DNA of 61,277 nucleotides, the filler included. It is 10 parts of 10 records of this genome, joined end to end, with 100 filler letters (N's around TTAATTAATTAA, not from the genome) between each part and the next. Parts side by side here need not be neighbours in the genome. Positions count along the whole stretch, not along the records: positions 1 to 13,585 come from SRR7504441_5976; 9 more parts are not named here. One strand, 5' to 3'. Position numbers and translations under genes: made by a program. Shown here one piece after another: positions 1 to 10,322 of the stretch. The notes beneath the pieces are model-generated. The model did not search any database. It was not told the DNA's origin and saw only the letters and a program-made list of their open reading frames with translations. The stretch's first letter is position 1, and every line of letters starts with the position of its first letter.

Positions 1-271
1 AGGGGCAGCATCTAGATCACCACTGGTGGGTTCGCTGCCAGTTAGAGCGCATACTGTACGCATGCAAAATTAAGTCTGAATTGCTTGGTACAAGTTTTAC
101 ATACTTACTATACAAGTAATTCCGGTAGTGCTGGTATTGATAGTGCTGGTGTCAAAATATTAATTTAACTAGTACCACAATGTTCATGCATGATCACACA
201 ATTGATCGGTTCATGATAATCATTGTCACCGCCTGACTTAATTCTCACTTAGGTCACTTAGTTAGTCTCTG

Positions 272-3043
272 CTATGAGCCTAAACTGAACCCACCCCCTG
301 TGAACCTTTGTGCCGATTGTTGCACCGTTCCGGTCCGCATCGGCTTACCCTCAAGCGAGCCACCTGCACACCCGCCAAGTCACACACACGCGCTTATTGC
401 TCGAATCACCGTTCTGGCCCTGCTGATCGCGCCGCTTTTGCTCAAAGTACTTCTTCTTTACGTCTTGCAGCTCGCGAGTGAGCCGCTCGATCTCAAATTT
501 GTACTCGTTTACCTGCGCTTGGTACATGTTGAGCTCCGCCGCCATCGCCTTCATCTGCTTGGTCTTCTCGCGCAGATTAGTCTGGTACACAGACAGCTGT
601 TCGGCCACCTCTGGGCCGGGCTGCCGGGCCAGGATATTCTTGAGCTCGACGTACAGCTTCTCCTTCTCCTGTATAAGCAAGTCCTTCTCGACAACCTCTT
701 CGGTCTTGGCGATGAGCCGCTTCTGCAGCGTCTGAATCTTCTGAATCATCTCATAAGTGTCGGGATCCGAGCCCTCCAGCTTGCGCCAGCGGTGCACATT
801 CATTGGGTTCTCGAGCTCCTCGCTCAGGGCCTTGACCTTGGTGCGCTCCTGGAGCAACTCCTTCTGAAGGTGGTACACCTCGTTCCTTAATCCGTCAATG
901 TTGGACACTGAAGACGAGAGCAGTTGCAGCTCGCGCTTCATGTCGTTGATCTTGAGCTTGAGCACTCGGATGTCCTCTATTCGCTCGCGGTACTGCACCT
1001 CGCCCTTCTTGAGTGTGCTCTGCTGGATCTTAATCTTCTCATACAGGAGTGCCAACTCATCGTTCCGCCGAATCAGCTGGGTGCCTAGAATGTCCCGCTC
1101 AGACACAACTTCATCCAGCTCCTTCTGCTGCCGCTGCATTTCGCGCTGGCCCTTCTCGATGATGGCCTCGAGCTTCTTGATCTCCTGGCGCAGACTCTTG
1201 CACGTGTTGTCTGATTCGCCCAGCTGGGTCCGAAGCTTCTGAATGTCTCCCTTCTGCAGCTCCCTCTCCTTTTCGAGCCTGGCATGCTCAAGGTGGACTG
1301 CCATCAGCGCTGAGTCCTTGGCCTGGATCTCCTCCTTGAGCTGAGAGATCTGGTGGTTCATAATTTTGAACTTTCGACGCATCTCCTGGATCTCATCCTG
1401 CGCCTCTATCAAGTTCTTTGAGTACAAATTCCGGTCTGAACGGACAGCCTCGTACAAGTTCTGCTGCTGCTTGAGTCGAGTCTCGGCCTCGTGGATCTTC
1501 TTGCGCAGGTTCACAATGGTCAGATCACGCAGCTTCACCTCCTCCTGGGCCTGCATGTACTTGGACATAGCCTCGGAGGCCTCGGCGCCGTACTTTTCTC
1601 GCTCTTTCTCAAGCTGGAAAATCATCTTGCGCTGCTTTTGGTTCTCGCCCTTGTACGACTGCATCTCCATCTCCATTGTCTTCTTACCCGACTCTTGCAT
1701 TTTGACTAGGTCCTGCTGGGTTCGGGTGTCGATCTTCTCCTTTTGCAGCTGCTTCGAAAGAATATCCCGCTGCCTCTTCAACTCCTCTATCTCCTTCTTG
1801 TCCTCGTCGTGCAGCCTCTTCTGCGTCTCCAGCTGCTTGGCCAGCCGGTCCAGGTCCTGCTTGAGCTGCTCCTTGTCCCTATTTGCATTAAACACTTGCT
1901 GCTCCACTTTAGCAACCTGTCGCCCGACCTCAGCCTCGCCAGCCACCCCACGCTCACCTTATGCTGCATCCGCTCGGCTGTCTTTTTGACTGCCTCAGCC
2001 TCCTGCCGGAGCTTCTCGATCTCGAACTCCTTTGTCTTAATCCCCTGCTGCCGAAGGTCGAGCTCCGCCTTCAGGTGCGTGCTCCCGTTGAGTGCGTCGT
2101 CCAAAAGCCCCTGCCCACCGATCACTTGGCCGCCTATGTGCTGATCGCGCCTTGGTACGCTGGTGGTCCTGGTTAAGCTTATCGAAGTCCTTGACCTGCT
2201 TCGAGATGAACAAATGCTGGTCCTTGACTCGAGTGTTAAGCTTTGTGATGTTCTCCTCAGCCTGCTGGAGCTGGCCTGTCTTTGATTTAATCTCCATCGT
2301 GTGGTCGTCCAGCATCCGCTTGAGCTCCTTCAGGTCCTTCTCGTGCCGCTCCTTCCGCCGGTGTTCCCGCTCCATCTCTAGCCGCCTGTTCAACTGCTGG
2401 TCCCTCAGCTCCTTAATCTCGTTGTCGATGTCCTCCTTCGACTTCTCCAGATTTCCAAGCTTATCCCGCAGGTACCGGGTCTCCTTGGTGAGCTCCTCCA
2501 CCTCGATCGCCTTCTGATCCCGCTCGAGCGCCAGTGCGTCCCTTTGCTCCTCCAGCTCGTGCACAGTCGACTCCTGGCCCAGCGACAGCCCAGCCCCCTG
2601 CTCGACCAGCTTGGACAAGTTGGAGATCTCCATCTTCAGCTGGTGGATGGTCTCCTTAGCCCGGACCTCCTTCTCGTGCGCCGCGTCCACCATCTTCCAC
2701 GCCTTCTCTATCTCCTTCTTAAGCGACGAAATCGTGTTCTGATCCTCCTGTGACAGCTTCAGCGCCGTCTGCACCTTGGCCGCATTGGCCACGATCTCGG
2801 CGTTGAGCTCGCGGCACTTCTTGATCAGCCGCTTCTCGCTCTCGTGCGACTTTTTGAGCGCCCGGTGCAGCTTCTCGTACTCGATCCGGAACCGCTCGAG
2901 GCTCTTGTCGCCCACCAGCTCTGTGAGCACCTGCCCAGCAGGGGTGGGCCAGGGCCTGGGCCAGGGCGCACCTCCTGGAAATCCTTCTCGAGCGCCTCGA
3001 AGGTGCTCGACTCGATCCCCAGGTCCGGCTTCTTGCCCTCCAT
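272..3043 (-). CDS. CFAP58: Cilia- and flagella-associated protein 58 (coiled-coil), 4 introns
   Basis: Three ORF pieces plus a short terminal exon splice into one frame: MEGKKPDLGIESSTFEALEKDFQE|VLTELVGDKSLERFRIEYEKLHRALKKSHESEKRL...ERDILGTQLIRRNDELALLYEKIKIQ...NPMNVHRWRKLEGSDP...QRFTGGGFSLGS*. These are characteristic CFAP58 motifs. Introns: 2931-2971 (41 nt, GT-AG), 2111-2150 (40 nt, GC-AG), 1917-1957 (41 nt), 364-409 (46 nt). Confidence 0.93.
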
Positions 3044-3182
3044 GGGCTGCGCCTGGCTGCTCACTCACGCCCCGCGCTGCAGTGCTGCCCGTGTAGGTAG
3101 GGCTAAATATAGGAGATTTCGACAAGAGAGAGAGTCTAGGACGAGCTGTTGGCGCTGCTCTGTCGGCGGCTCCCGGAGCGAA

Positions 3183-4481
3183 ATGCGGGGCTGCGTGCTG
3201 GCGCTGCTCCTGGCGGCGGCGGCCGGCTGGGAGGTGCACCGGGAGGCCCCGGCGGCGCTGGCCGCGTTCAACCGCCGGTACAAGAACGACAACGTCCGGC
3301 TCGACTGGCGGCCGGATCGGGGGTGGGTGCCCCGGGCTGTCCGCAAGATCCGGCCAGGCGGGTCCATCGTCGGGCTCCAGCCGGACGACGCCATCTCGGC
3401 GGCCGATGCCGAGCGGCAGCACCCAGCGTTCCGAGGGGGCAGCATGCGCCGGTATATCGGGGCGGGGGCCCCAGGCAGGGAGGAGTTCAGCTAGCTCGTG
3501 ATGGTGGCGGGGCTGATGGTGGCCGAGCGGCGGAAGGGGGCTAGCTCGGCGTGGTCGGCGTACATCGGGGTGCTGCCGGCGGTGGGGACTGACATGGGCA
3601 CGGCGGCCTACTACAGCCGAGGGGAGGCTAGCTGCCTGGGGCCGTGGGCGAGCCGGTATGCAGAGATAATGCAGGAGGACGAACAGCTGGCGCTGAGCGC
3701 CTGCCGCGTGATGCGCCGGGTGACCGAGCTGTGGCGCGGGCCGGAGCCGGTTTTGTTCAGCACGCTGCCCAGCCTGGCTGAGATGCGCTGGGCGCTGAGT
3801 ATCTTTCGGACGAGGTCGTTTCATATCCCAGAGGTAGGATTCTCGTTGGTGCCCTGGCTGGACATGCTGAATCACAACCCTCGTCGAGGGCTGCCGGCCG
3901 TCTGGCAGGCTGCAGGTAGGTTCATCTTCGCTTTGAGCCCGGTGGCTGTGGAGCCTGGGGGTGAAGTGTTTGACAGCTATGGAACCGCAATCTCAATAGA
4001 ACGACTGCTGGCCATGTACGGATTCGTCGATGACAGCCTGCCGCTGTATGCTGACGGCGGGCACCGGGCGGCGTTTGAGCGGGCTCATCTCGGGGGCAAG
4101 TGCGAGAGCGAGGCGGATGGCCCGCTTATATGTGGGGTTGACCTGCAGATCGTGGGCGTAGACAAGGAGTTGGTCGTTGACTGCACCAAGGGCAAGCCGA
4201 ATGGGTTGCTCGAGGCGTGTGCCGCCCAATTATTGCTCAATCAGAGCACAGGGGTTCACGCAAGCGCGCAGGTCGCCGAGTGGATTCGCAACCGCACCAT
4301 TGAGGCTGTCAAGCGGTTCGAGCGCCTCACAACTAGGGAGGATTGTCAAGCAACCTCGGGGCACTTTCCACTGATTCATCGAGCAAACGTTGCTACGCTA
4401 GCAGCTCTTCGATATTCGTTGAAAAAAGTGGCGAGTCCGCGGTCCGGCATGAAAAAAGTGCAAGCGGTGAATGTTCCTTGA
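3183..4481 (+). CDS. SET-domain (Rubisco-LSMT/SETD3-like) methyltransferase with N-terminal signal peptide; one in-frame TAG at 3492-3494
   Basis: Motifs: DRGWVPRAVRKIRPGG (SET-N), LMVAERRKGASSAWSAYIGVLP, WALSIFRTRSF, LVPWLDMLNH, GGEVFDSYG, LLAMYGFV. The 2844-3494 and 3498-4481 ORFs are in the same frame and separated only by TAG. Confidence 0.75.
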
Positions 4482-4793
4482 CCTGATGTTACGGTTCCCG
4501 TTTGAACACGAGTGACTTATAAGTAAAAACGAAATCGCAAGCCGGATCCAGACTTAAGTAGGCTAACCAGTAATATTGCATAACCGGCTGATTGAAAACT
4601 TATTACTTATCAGACGTAATCAGTGCTCACTTGCAAGCGTAAATCAGGGCACGTACCACACTCGTTGTAACTCGTGAATTCCAATCAAATTCCAATCATG
4701 TAACGCATCACATGTAACATAGTGATTGTACGTGGATCCAACATGTCCACGTAAACACACTTGAAACGATTTGCCAACACCGGTCACCGACTT

Positions 4794-6023
4794 CTAAGCA
4801 TTCAAACCACCGCCCCACTCAATCGTTGCCGTGCGCTGCCCTACCGTCCAACTGACCTTGGTACCGCTTTCAAACCGGCGAGTCATCACTCCCTTGACAG
4901 TACTTGCCGGGCCCAAGGGGTTGCCCAACGGCTTTTCGAAGGCCGTGTCCCAGCCTTGGCAGATCAGGAAGCACCCAGGCTCCATCCCAAGCATAAAGCT
5001 TGCGAGCTGAAACGTGGTGCAAATGCTCGCAACGTCAGTTGCATTTCGTCGAAGGTTTGAGTACCCGCCCCCCACGAGCACATACTTGTACCCATTCTTC
5101 TTCATCACCGTGTTGACCATCTGGATCATATCGCTCGGGTCTCGCACGCTCTGTATCGCAGTGTTGGCTCCATACGGGTCGTGACTCTGCTTCACATTCC
5201 ACGTCTTAGCAGTGAACATCCCGCCGCTTTTCCTCGCCACGAGCGCAGTCGCGGCTGACAGCCCGCGCTTCTTGCCCTTGACGTAATTCTCAACCGTCTG
5301 GCGGGTCACAACCGACGCGTTGTTTCCATTTCTGTTCCGAATGGCACGACACTGGTTGCCTTTGCACGACAGCGGCATCTGGTCAAAGCAGTCCAAGTAC
5401 ACCCCGTCGGCCGAATCGCCTCCCGCAACGTACTTTTCAAATATCCGTTGGAACGCCGCCTGCCCGGCCGGCCGGCCGTGGTCCAGAAAGTAGCTCGGGA
5501 AGATCCCCGGGTCGCACTGCTCCACGTGCGGCCGACCGTCAACGTCCAGCACATCGATCGCCTCGGGGCCGGCCGCGTGCGCAGCATCGAACGGCCAGTC
5601 GTAGACACTGTTCATGTAGAGCATCGTGTGCGGGGCCGGCCGGCCTGCGGCCCGTGCGGTCCGCTTGATGATTTCGAACTCACGGACCTGCTTGCCGTGC
5701 TGGTCGCAGCTCGGGTCGCAGCCCGGGTTGAGGCTGGCGTTCAGCGGCACAGACCGTGAGGTGCCGCCGCCGCCCTGACAGCGGCCGATCGGGTCCCAGT
5801 GGGCCTTCGGGCAGCAGCGGAGCCAGCAGTGCCCGGCAGGGAGGTCGCCGTCCTGCTGCATCAGCACCACCACCCGCTGCTTCGAGAGCATCTGGTATAC
5901 TTCAGCGGTCTTGGTCAGGTAGGAGGAGCCGTAGTAGGCTACGGGCAGGCTCGACAGCGAGCAGTTCGGCCGGGCCGCCTCCGCCAGCCCCAGCAACAGC
6001 GCTGCGATGATCCTCCGAGCCAT
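4794..6023 (-). CDS. Secreted putative glycoside hydrolase-like protein (GHL15-like), intronless
   Basis: 409-aa ORF with signal peptide (MARRIIAALLLGLAEA), ADGVYLD motif and C-terminal ASFMLG...PLGNPLGPA...GVMTRRFESGT segment typical of this family. Confidence 0.55.
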   Translation of the reverse strand: MARRIIAALLLGLAEAARPNCSLSSLPVAYYGSSYLTKTAEVYQMLSKQRVVVLMQQDGDLPAGHCWLRCCPKAHWDPIGRCQGGGGTSRSVPLNASLNPGCDPSCDQHGKQVREFEIIKRTARAAGRPAPHTMLYMNSVYDWPFDAAHAAGPEAIDVLDVDGRPHVEQCDPGIFPSYFLDHGRPAGQAAFQRIFEKYVAGGDSADGVYLDCFDQMPLSCKGNQCRAIRNRNGNNASVVTRQTVENYVKGKKRGLSAATALVARKSGGMFTAKTWNVKQSHDPYGANTAIQSVRDPSDMIQMVNTVMKKNGYKYVLVGGGYSNLRRNATDVASICTTFQLASFMLGMEPGCFLICQGWDTAFEKPLGNPLGPASTVKGVMTRRFESGTKVSWTVGQRTATIEWGGGLNA

Positions 6024-6194
6024 CGCCAGCTTCAGCTGCTTCCGTTGAGCTTGTTAATTACCGGCAGCTGACCGGGGCGCTTCGGGCGTTCGGGCAGACG
6101 GGCACAATAAGAGATCACGAGGATTGATTGAATATGCATGCATATTATATACAACACGTAACATACATGTACTCGTACATGAGATGACTGATAA

Positions 6195-8308
6195 TCATGC
6201 TGCGATGCTGGGTTCTACATGAGATTGATCACCGTCCGGAATCGAACTTTCTTGCTTTTGTTGAGACTGTGACTCGAGCTCTGCGACGCGCTGGTGGTGC
6301 ATGTTCGTAAGTGCCCACCTTTCTCTCTCTCTGACTAACTGCCGTCTGTTGAACAACGTAAATGCAAACTCCCCATAGTCGCACCCTCTACCATCGCGAT
6401 CAAAGTGCATGAACACTAGCTGAAGCTCCTCCTTAGTCAATTCCATCCCAAGGCTTCGGAGTCCCTCAGCGAGCTCGTCAATTGTTACAACACCGTTCTT
6501 ATCAGTGTCCATCGATTCAAACACAGACTTCAGATCCAAATCCATGTCCTTTCTAGGGCCCTTTTTATGTTTTGAATATGCTGCTTCTTTGATCCTGTGA
6601 AGCACCTTGTAGGTTGCTGCCTGCCGCTCGCCAGCAGTCATTTTGAACTTGATTGGCGCCTGCTTGCAAACTCGCTCCCAACCACCCTCTGCATATCGCT
6701 GGATTGCTCTGACCAGCTCAGTGTAGTCGATTTCTCCGCTCTTGTCTTCATCAATCACGTCAAACACCAATTGCCATTGCTCCATATCCATATCGACGCC
6801 GAGCCGCTTGAAACCTGCACTGACCTCGTGGATATTCAAAGTGCCACTACAATTCTTATCCATCTCTCGAAAGGCGCTTATCATATTTGAATGGTACTTG
6901 GCAAGATACTGCTGAAGCTGCCGGAAAACAGCGTTGGGGGTTATCTCGCCTTTGTAGGTGGCTAGTGCCAGCTGCTCCTCATGCTTTATCTCTCGGGCAA
7001 GTCCTGGATGGATGTCATAATACTGCTGGACTGCCGTATGCTTAGCCCACGGACACCAAAGCGCATACTCTACCACTTTGTTGGCACCCTTGCCTTCAAC
7101 TACAGCCCAACGTCGGAGCACCTTCTGCAGGGACCACTTGTGCACCACTTCGTGGTGCTTTACAAACAAGTCCATGTAAGCTGTCATGCCAACATCGCTC
7201 TGTGTCCCGATTCCGAACCGGATCAAAACTGTCGAGTTGCCCATTTCATCTTGCGCTTCCACCTCCAGCTGACAGTTGGGCCAATCCTTGGACAAGCAAG
7301 TGCGAACTTCCATAACGATGTTTGGAAGAGACGTCCGTGGCACTTTTTCATACTGAGTCCGATTGCCCTTTGATTTGCCACACTTGCACCAGCTCGGTCG
7401 GTCGATTGGTTTATCTGGTGGCACCAGAGAAAGATCCCTCGGACACCATTTCTGCCCCTGCAGCCGATCAACCGACCAACTAGCCATAAAGGAATCGAAC
7501 CTGCTGTCTGGAGAAGGCCTCCCATTGCTCCCATTGGTAGTGAGTCTTGGCCCGATCGAACGGATTAGTCGGTTGCCGCACCCATCCACCTGACCAGGCC
7601 TCTCGGCCAGCAGATCCCAAGGGCACATACATGCCCCCACAGAAGCGCTCTGTGAAGCTGGCTGCTTGCTCGGGACATAGTCGAGCTTTGTAGGATGATA
7701 CTCCCCTGTCACAATCCACGGCTTTTGGCCAGCCAGCAGCCCCTGCCCCGACAAACGCTCGCCACAGGCCCATGCCGTCGCCACACCGCAGACGGCCTCT
7801 TGGTAGGGTCCCCGCCAGGTCCCAGCGCATACTCGGCCGGCCAGAAGCAACCCATGTTCTTGAACAGTGGCTCGGGCCTGGCCACTGACATGGGCTGCTT
7901 GCCAACTTTGCGCGCAGGCCCGTCAGCCCATGACGAAAACATGCCTTCTCCGAGGAGCGCCTTCATCTGGTGCACTGCCAGGTTAGAGCCGTGATACTCG
8001 TGCCGCCACAGACTGGACGGCCGGCACGGTCGGGGCAGGTGCAACGGCTGAGGAGGCCGCGGGGCGGCCAACACGGTGCTCTCTCGCCGGCGCTTGGGCG
8101 GCGCGGGCCGGAGCCGGTCGGCCAATACATTGCCGGGGCCCAGCACGTTCTTGCGCCGGCGGGGCGGGCGGGAGGCGGCTGCTGGCGGGAAGGTGGCCGT
8201 CGGGCGGGGTGAGCCGGCCTTCAGCAGCCAGTGGCAAGGGTCGCTCTCGCGGAGGAAGTAACGGAAGGCCAGGTCGGCGCCCCCGCTCACCGACGCGCTC
8301 AGGCTCAT
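6195..8308 (-). CDS. EF-hand calcium-binding protein (4 C-terminal EF-hands), 1 intron
   Basis: EF loops DKNCSGTLNIHE, DEDKSGEIDYTE, DTDKNGVVTIDE, DRDGRGCDYGE. A 44-nt GT-AG intron at 7743-7786 joins the 7709-8350 and 6195-7850 ORFs in frame. Confidence 0.75.
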
Positions 8309-8478
8309 GCTCTGCTGGACCGGTGGCTGCTGCCTCACGCCAAGACCCAAGGCGGGCTCGAGTGCCCCCTGTGACCCATTTAGCGCTGTAACGGAAGAAA
8401 CTGTAAGCTCGGACGATCACTGGATTGTCTGTCGCCCTGTGAAGGGCCGGTGGCTGTCGAGACGGGCGCGCGCGCCTG

Positions 8479-10011
8479 ATGGAGCCACCGCCGCCGCCTG
8501 TCGACACAGAGCCCTCAGCCAAGCGGCCTCGCATCGACGCTGAGCCGGCCGCGACGCCGGCCGAGACAGCGCCGAGCGCGGCTAGTCGGCCAGGTGACCG
8601 CTGCCGGCCGACGGTGCCCGACGGACGATTAGGCGAAGAGGCTGGGCCGTCGGCGGGCGGGCAGGCCGCTAATGAATACACGGGCCAACGTAGCAAGTGG
8701 CGAAAGTACGGGGAGAAACAGCCGGCCGGTGCGGCGCAGACGCAGGCCGGCCGGCCGACTGGGCGCAGGCAAGGAGGGCTGGCTTAAGACGTACTTAAAA
8801 TGCCAGTACCCGGGCTGCCCAGCCAAACGGACGATCACCCGGCTGCCGGGGCAGGCGCGGCCGGCTGGCCGAGCCGGGGGCCGAGCCGAGTGGGCAGGCG
8901 TTGGGAGAGGGCTCCGTGACGGACCTTGCGGAGCACAACCACACCGAGGAGCAGTACCAGCGGGCACTAGAAGATGGCACGATTAAGGAGGCGCTGCTAG
9001 CCACCCGACGACCGGCGGCCCGGTTGGACCGGGGTGCGAACGACACGCCTGACGCTGGAGGGATGGTGACACAGTGACTGCGCGGCGGGCTGACAGGGCT
9101 CGGCAGCAAGCGGCGGCGGCCACGGGGCTGTTGTCGGGCGGGGCGGCTGCGGCGCACGACGCGAGCAGGATGGGCGATGTAGTGCTGGTGGTGAAGGCGT
9201 GCGATAATGAGTGCAAAATATTCAAAGGTGCCGCCGCCTGCGATCGAGGCTGACAATGATGATGGGGACAGGGAAGGAGCAGATAGCCGCCATCGCTCAG
9301 GCGGCCGGGGCGCGGGTGATGAAGAACCTGTCGAAGAGCGTTACGCATGTGCTGGTGGCGGGGTGGCTAGGGACAGGGTTGAGTTGCTTCAGGTGACTTC
9401 GAATCATTTTAAGGATTCGACGCACCAGAATCCGTACGCGGGGTACACTATGGTAAACGAGGCATGGTTACGGTGCGCCCACTGGCGGCTGGACGGGGCC
9501 GAGCCCGGGCGTGCAGGGACATGGTTGGCGGTGTCGGGCAGGCCATGGCTGAGCAGGGGGTGATGGGGGGAAATGAGCAGATAGTGGCGTGGTGCCCGCT
9601 ATGCCACAAAGGCTTCACCACTTCTCAGGGCATGGGAGGTCCGCGCCCGCCCCGGCTGCCCGGCTGATTGCGCGTGCAGGGCATTATGGTCGGTGCAAGG
9701 CGTCGAGGGATGCGGAAGCTGCCCAGCCTGTAGCTCAGGCTGGCAGCAAGCCTGCCTCCTCCCGCTATGTGTGTCCGCATGGCTGGCTGGCCGAGGACTG
9801 CAACGAGTGCAAGATGAGCCGGGAAGACCTTGGCTTCCATCAGATCAACGTCGCAGTCGGTGTGTGTTCGCCGATGTCGTCCGGGCAGCCGGCGGCGGGG
9901 CCGGCTCCGGAGCCAACGGACTTGGGGAGCATGTTCACTGCCGACTTTTGCGCCCAGCTCAGTACTATGCTCGGGGAGGCGCCTATTGTCGTCGAGTCCG
10001 CTGGAACTTGA
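8479..10011 (+). CDS. WRKY-domain + BRCT-domain + C2HC zinc-finger protein, 7-8 introns
   Basis: Spliced product: SKWRKYGEKQPAGKEGWLKTYLKCQYPGCPAKRTITRLPGQALGEGSVTDLAEHNH (WRKY, C-X4-C-X24-H-X-H); KEQIAAIAQAAGARVMKNLSKSVTHVLVTSN...YTMVNEAWLRDMV (BRCT); CPLCHKGFTTSQGMGGHYGRC; CPHGWLAEDCNEC. Introns: 8729-8768, 8855-8897 (GC-AG), 9066-9106, 9228-9271, 9355-9392, 9473-9516, 9639-9679, and optionally 8594-8632. Confidence 0.8.
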
Positions 10012-10322
10012 CCTTGCACTGTTTGTTCCGTCCAACGATACAATCATGACGATAGGCGGCGTGTAGGTACCGTAAATGTACGTGGCAGGTACGTGGCAGG
10101 TATCATCCTTCACGATAAAGTTCGCATTGCTCGGGCACACATTGACATCGCGCAGTTAATAAAGTGGAGCTCTTCAAAATCGGCAGCCGTAGAAAGCGGA
10201 GCGATGGCGTAGAAAGCGTCAATCGGCAGCCTTCTCAGGCTTCGCATTCCCGAAGCAAGGTCGGTGAGGCGTCAGTTTCGCCAAGGCGATGTGCTGAGGG
10301 GCACCGAGTTGGCGTCTAGCGG

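Noticed and set aside
300-2753. Long plus-strand ORFs antisense to CFAP58 (also those opposite 44303-47758)
   Set aside because: They are Leu/Ser-rich shadow ORFs caused by GC-rich coiled-coil codon usage on the other strand.
8848-8900. 9-nt boundary repeats (GGGCAGGCG here; GGGCAGGTG near 31282-31328) as further intron-gain scars
   Set aside because: They are largely explained by the common GGGCAG intron ending plus the AG|G consensus, so they are not distinguishable from chance.
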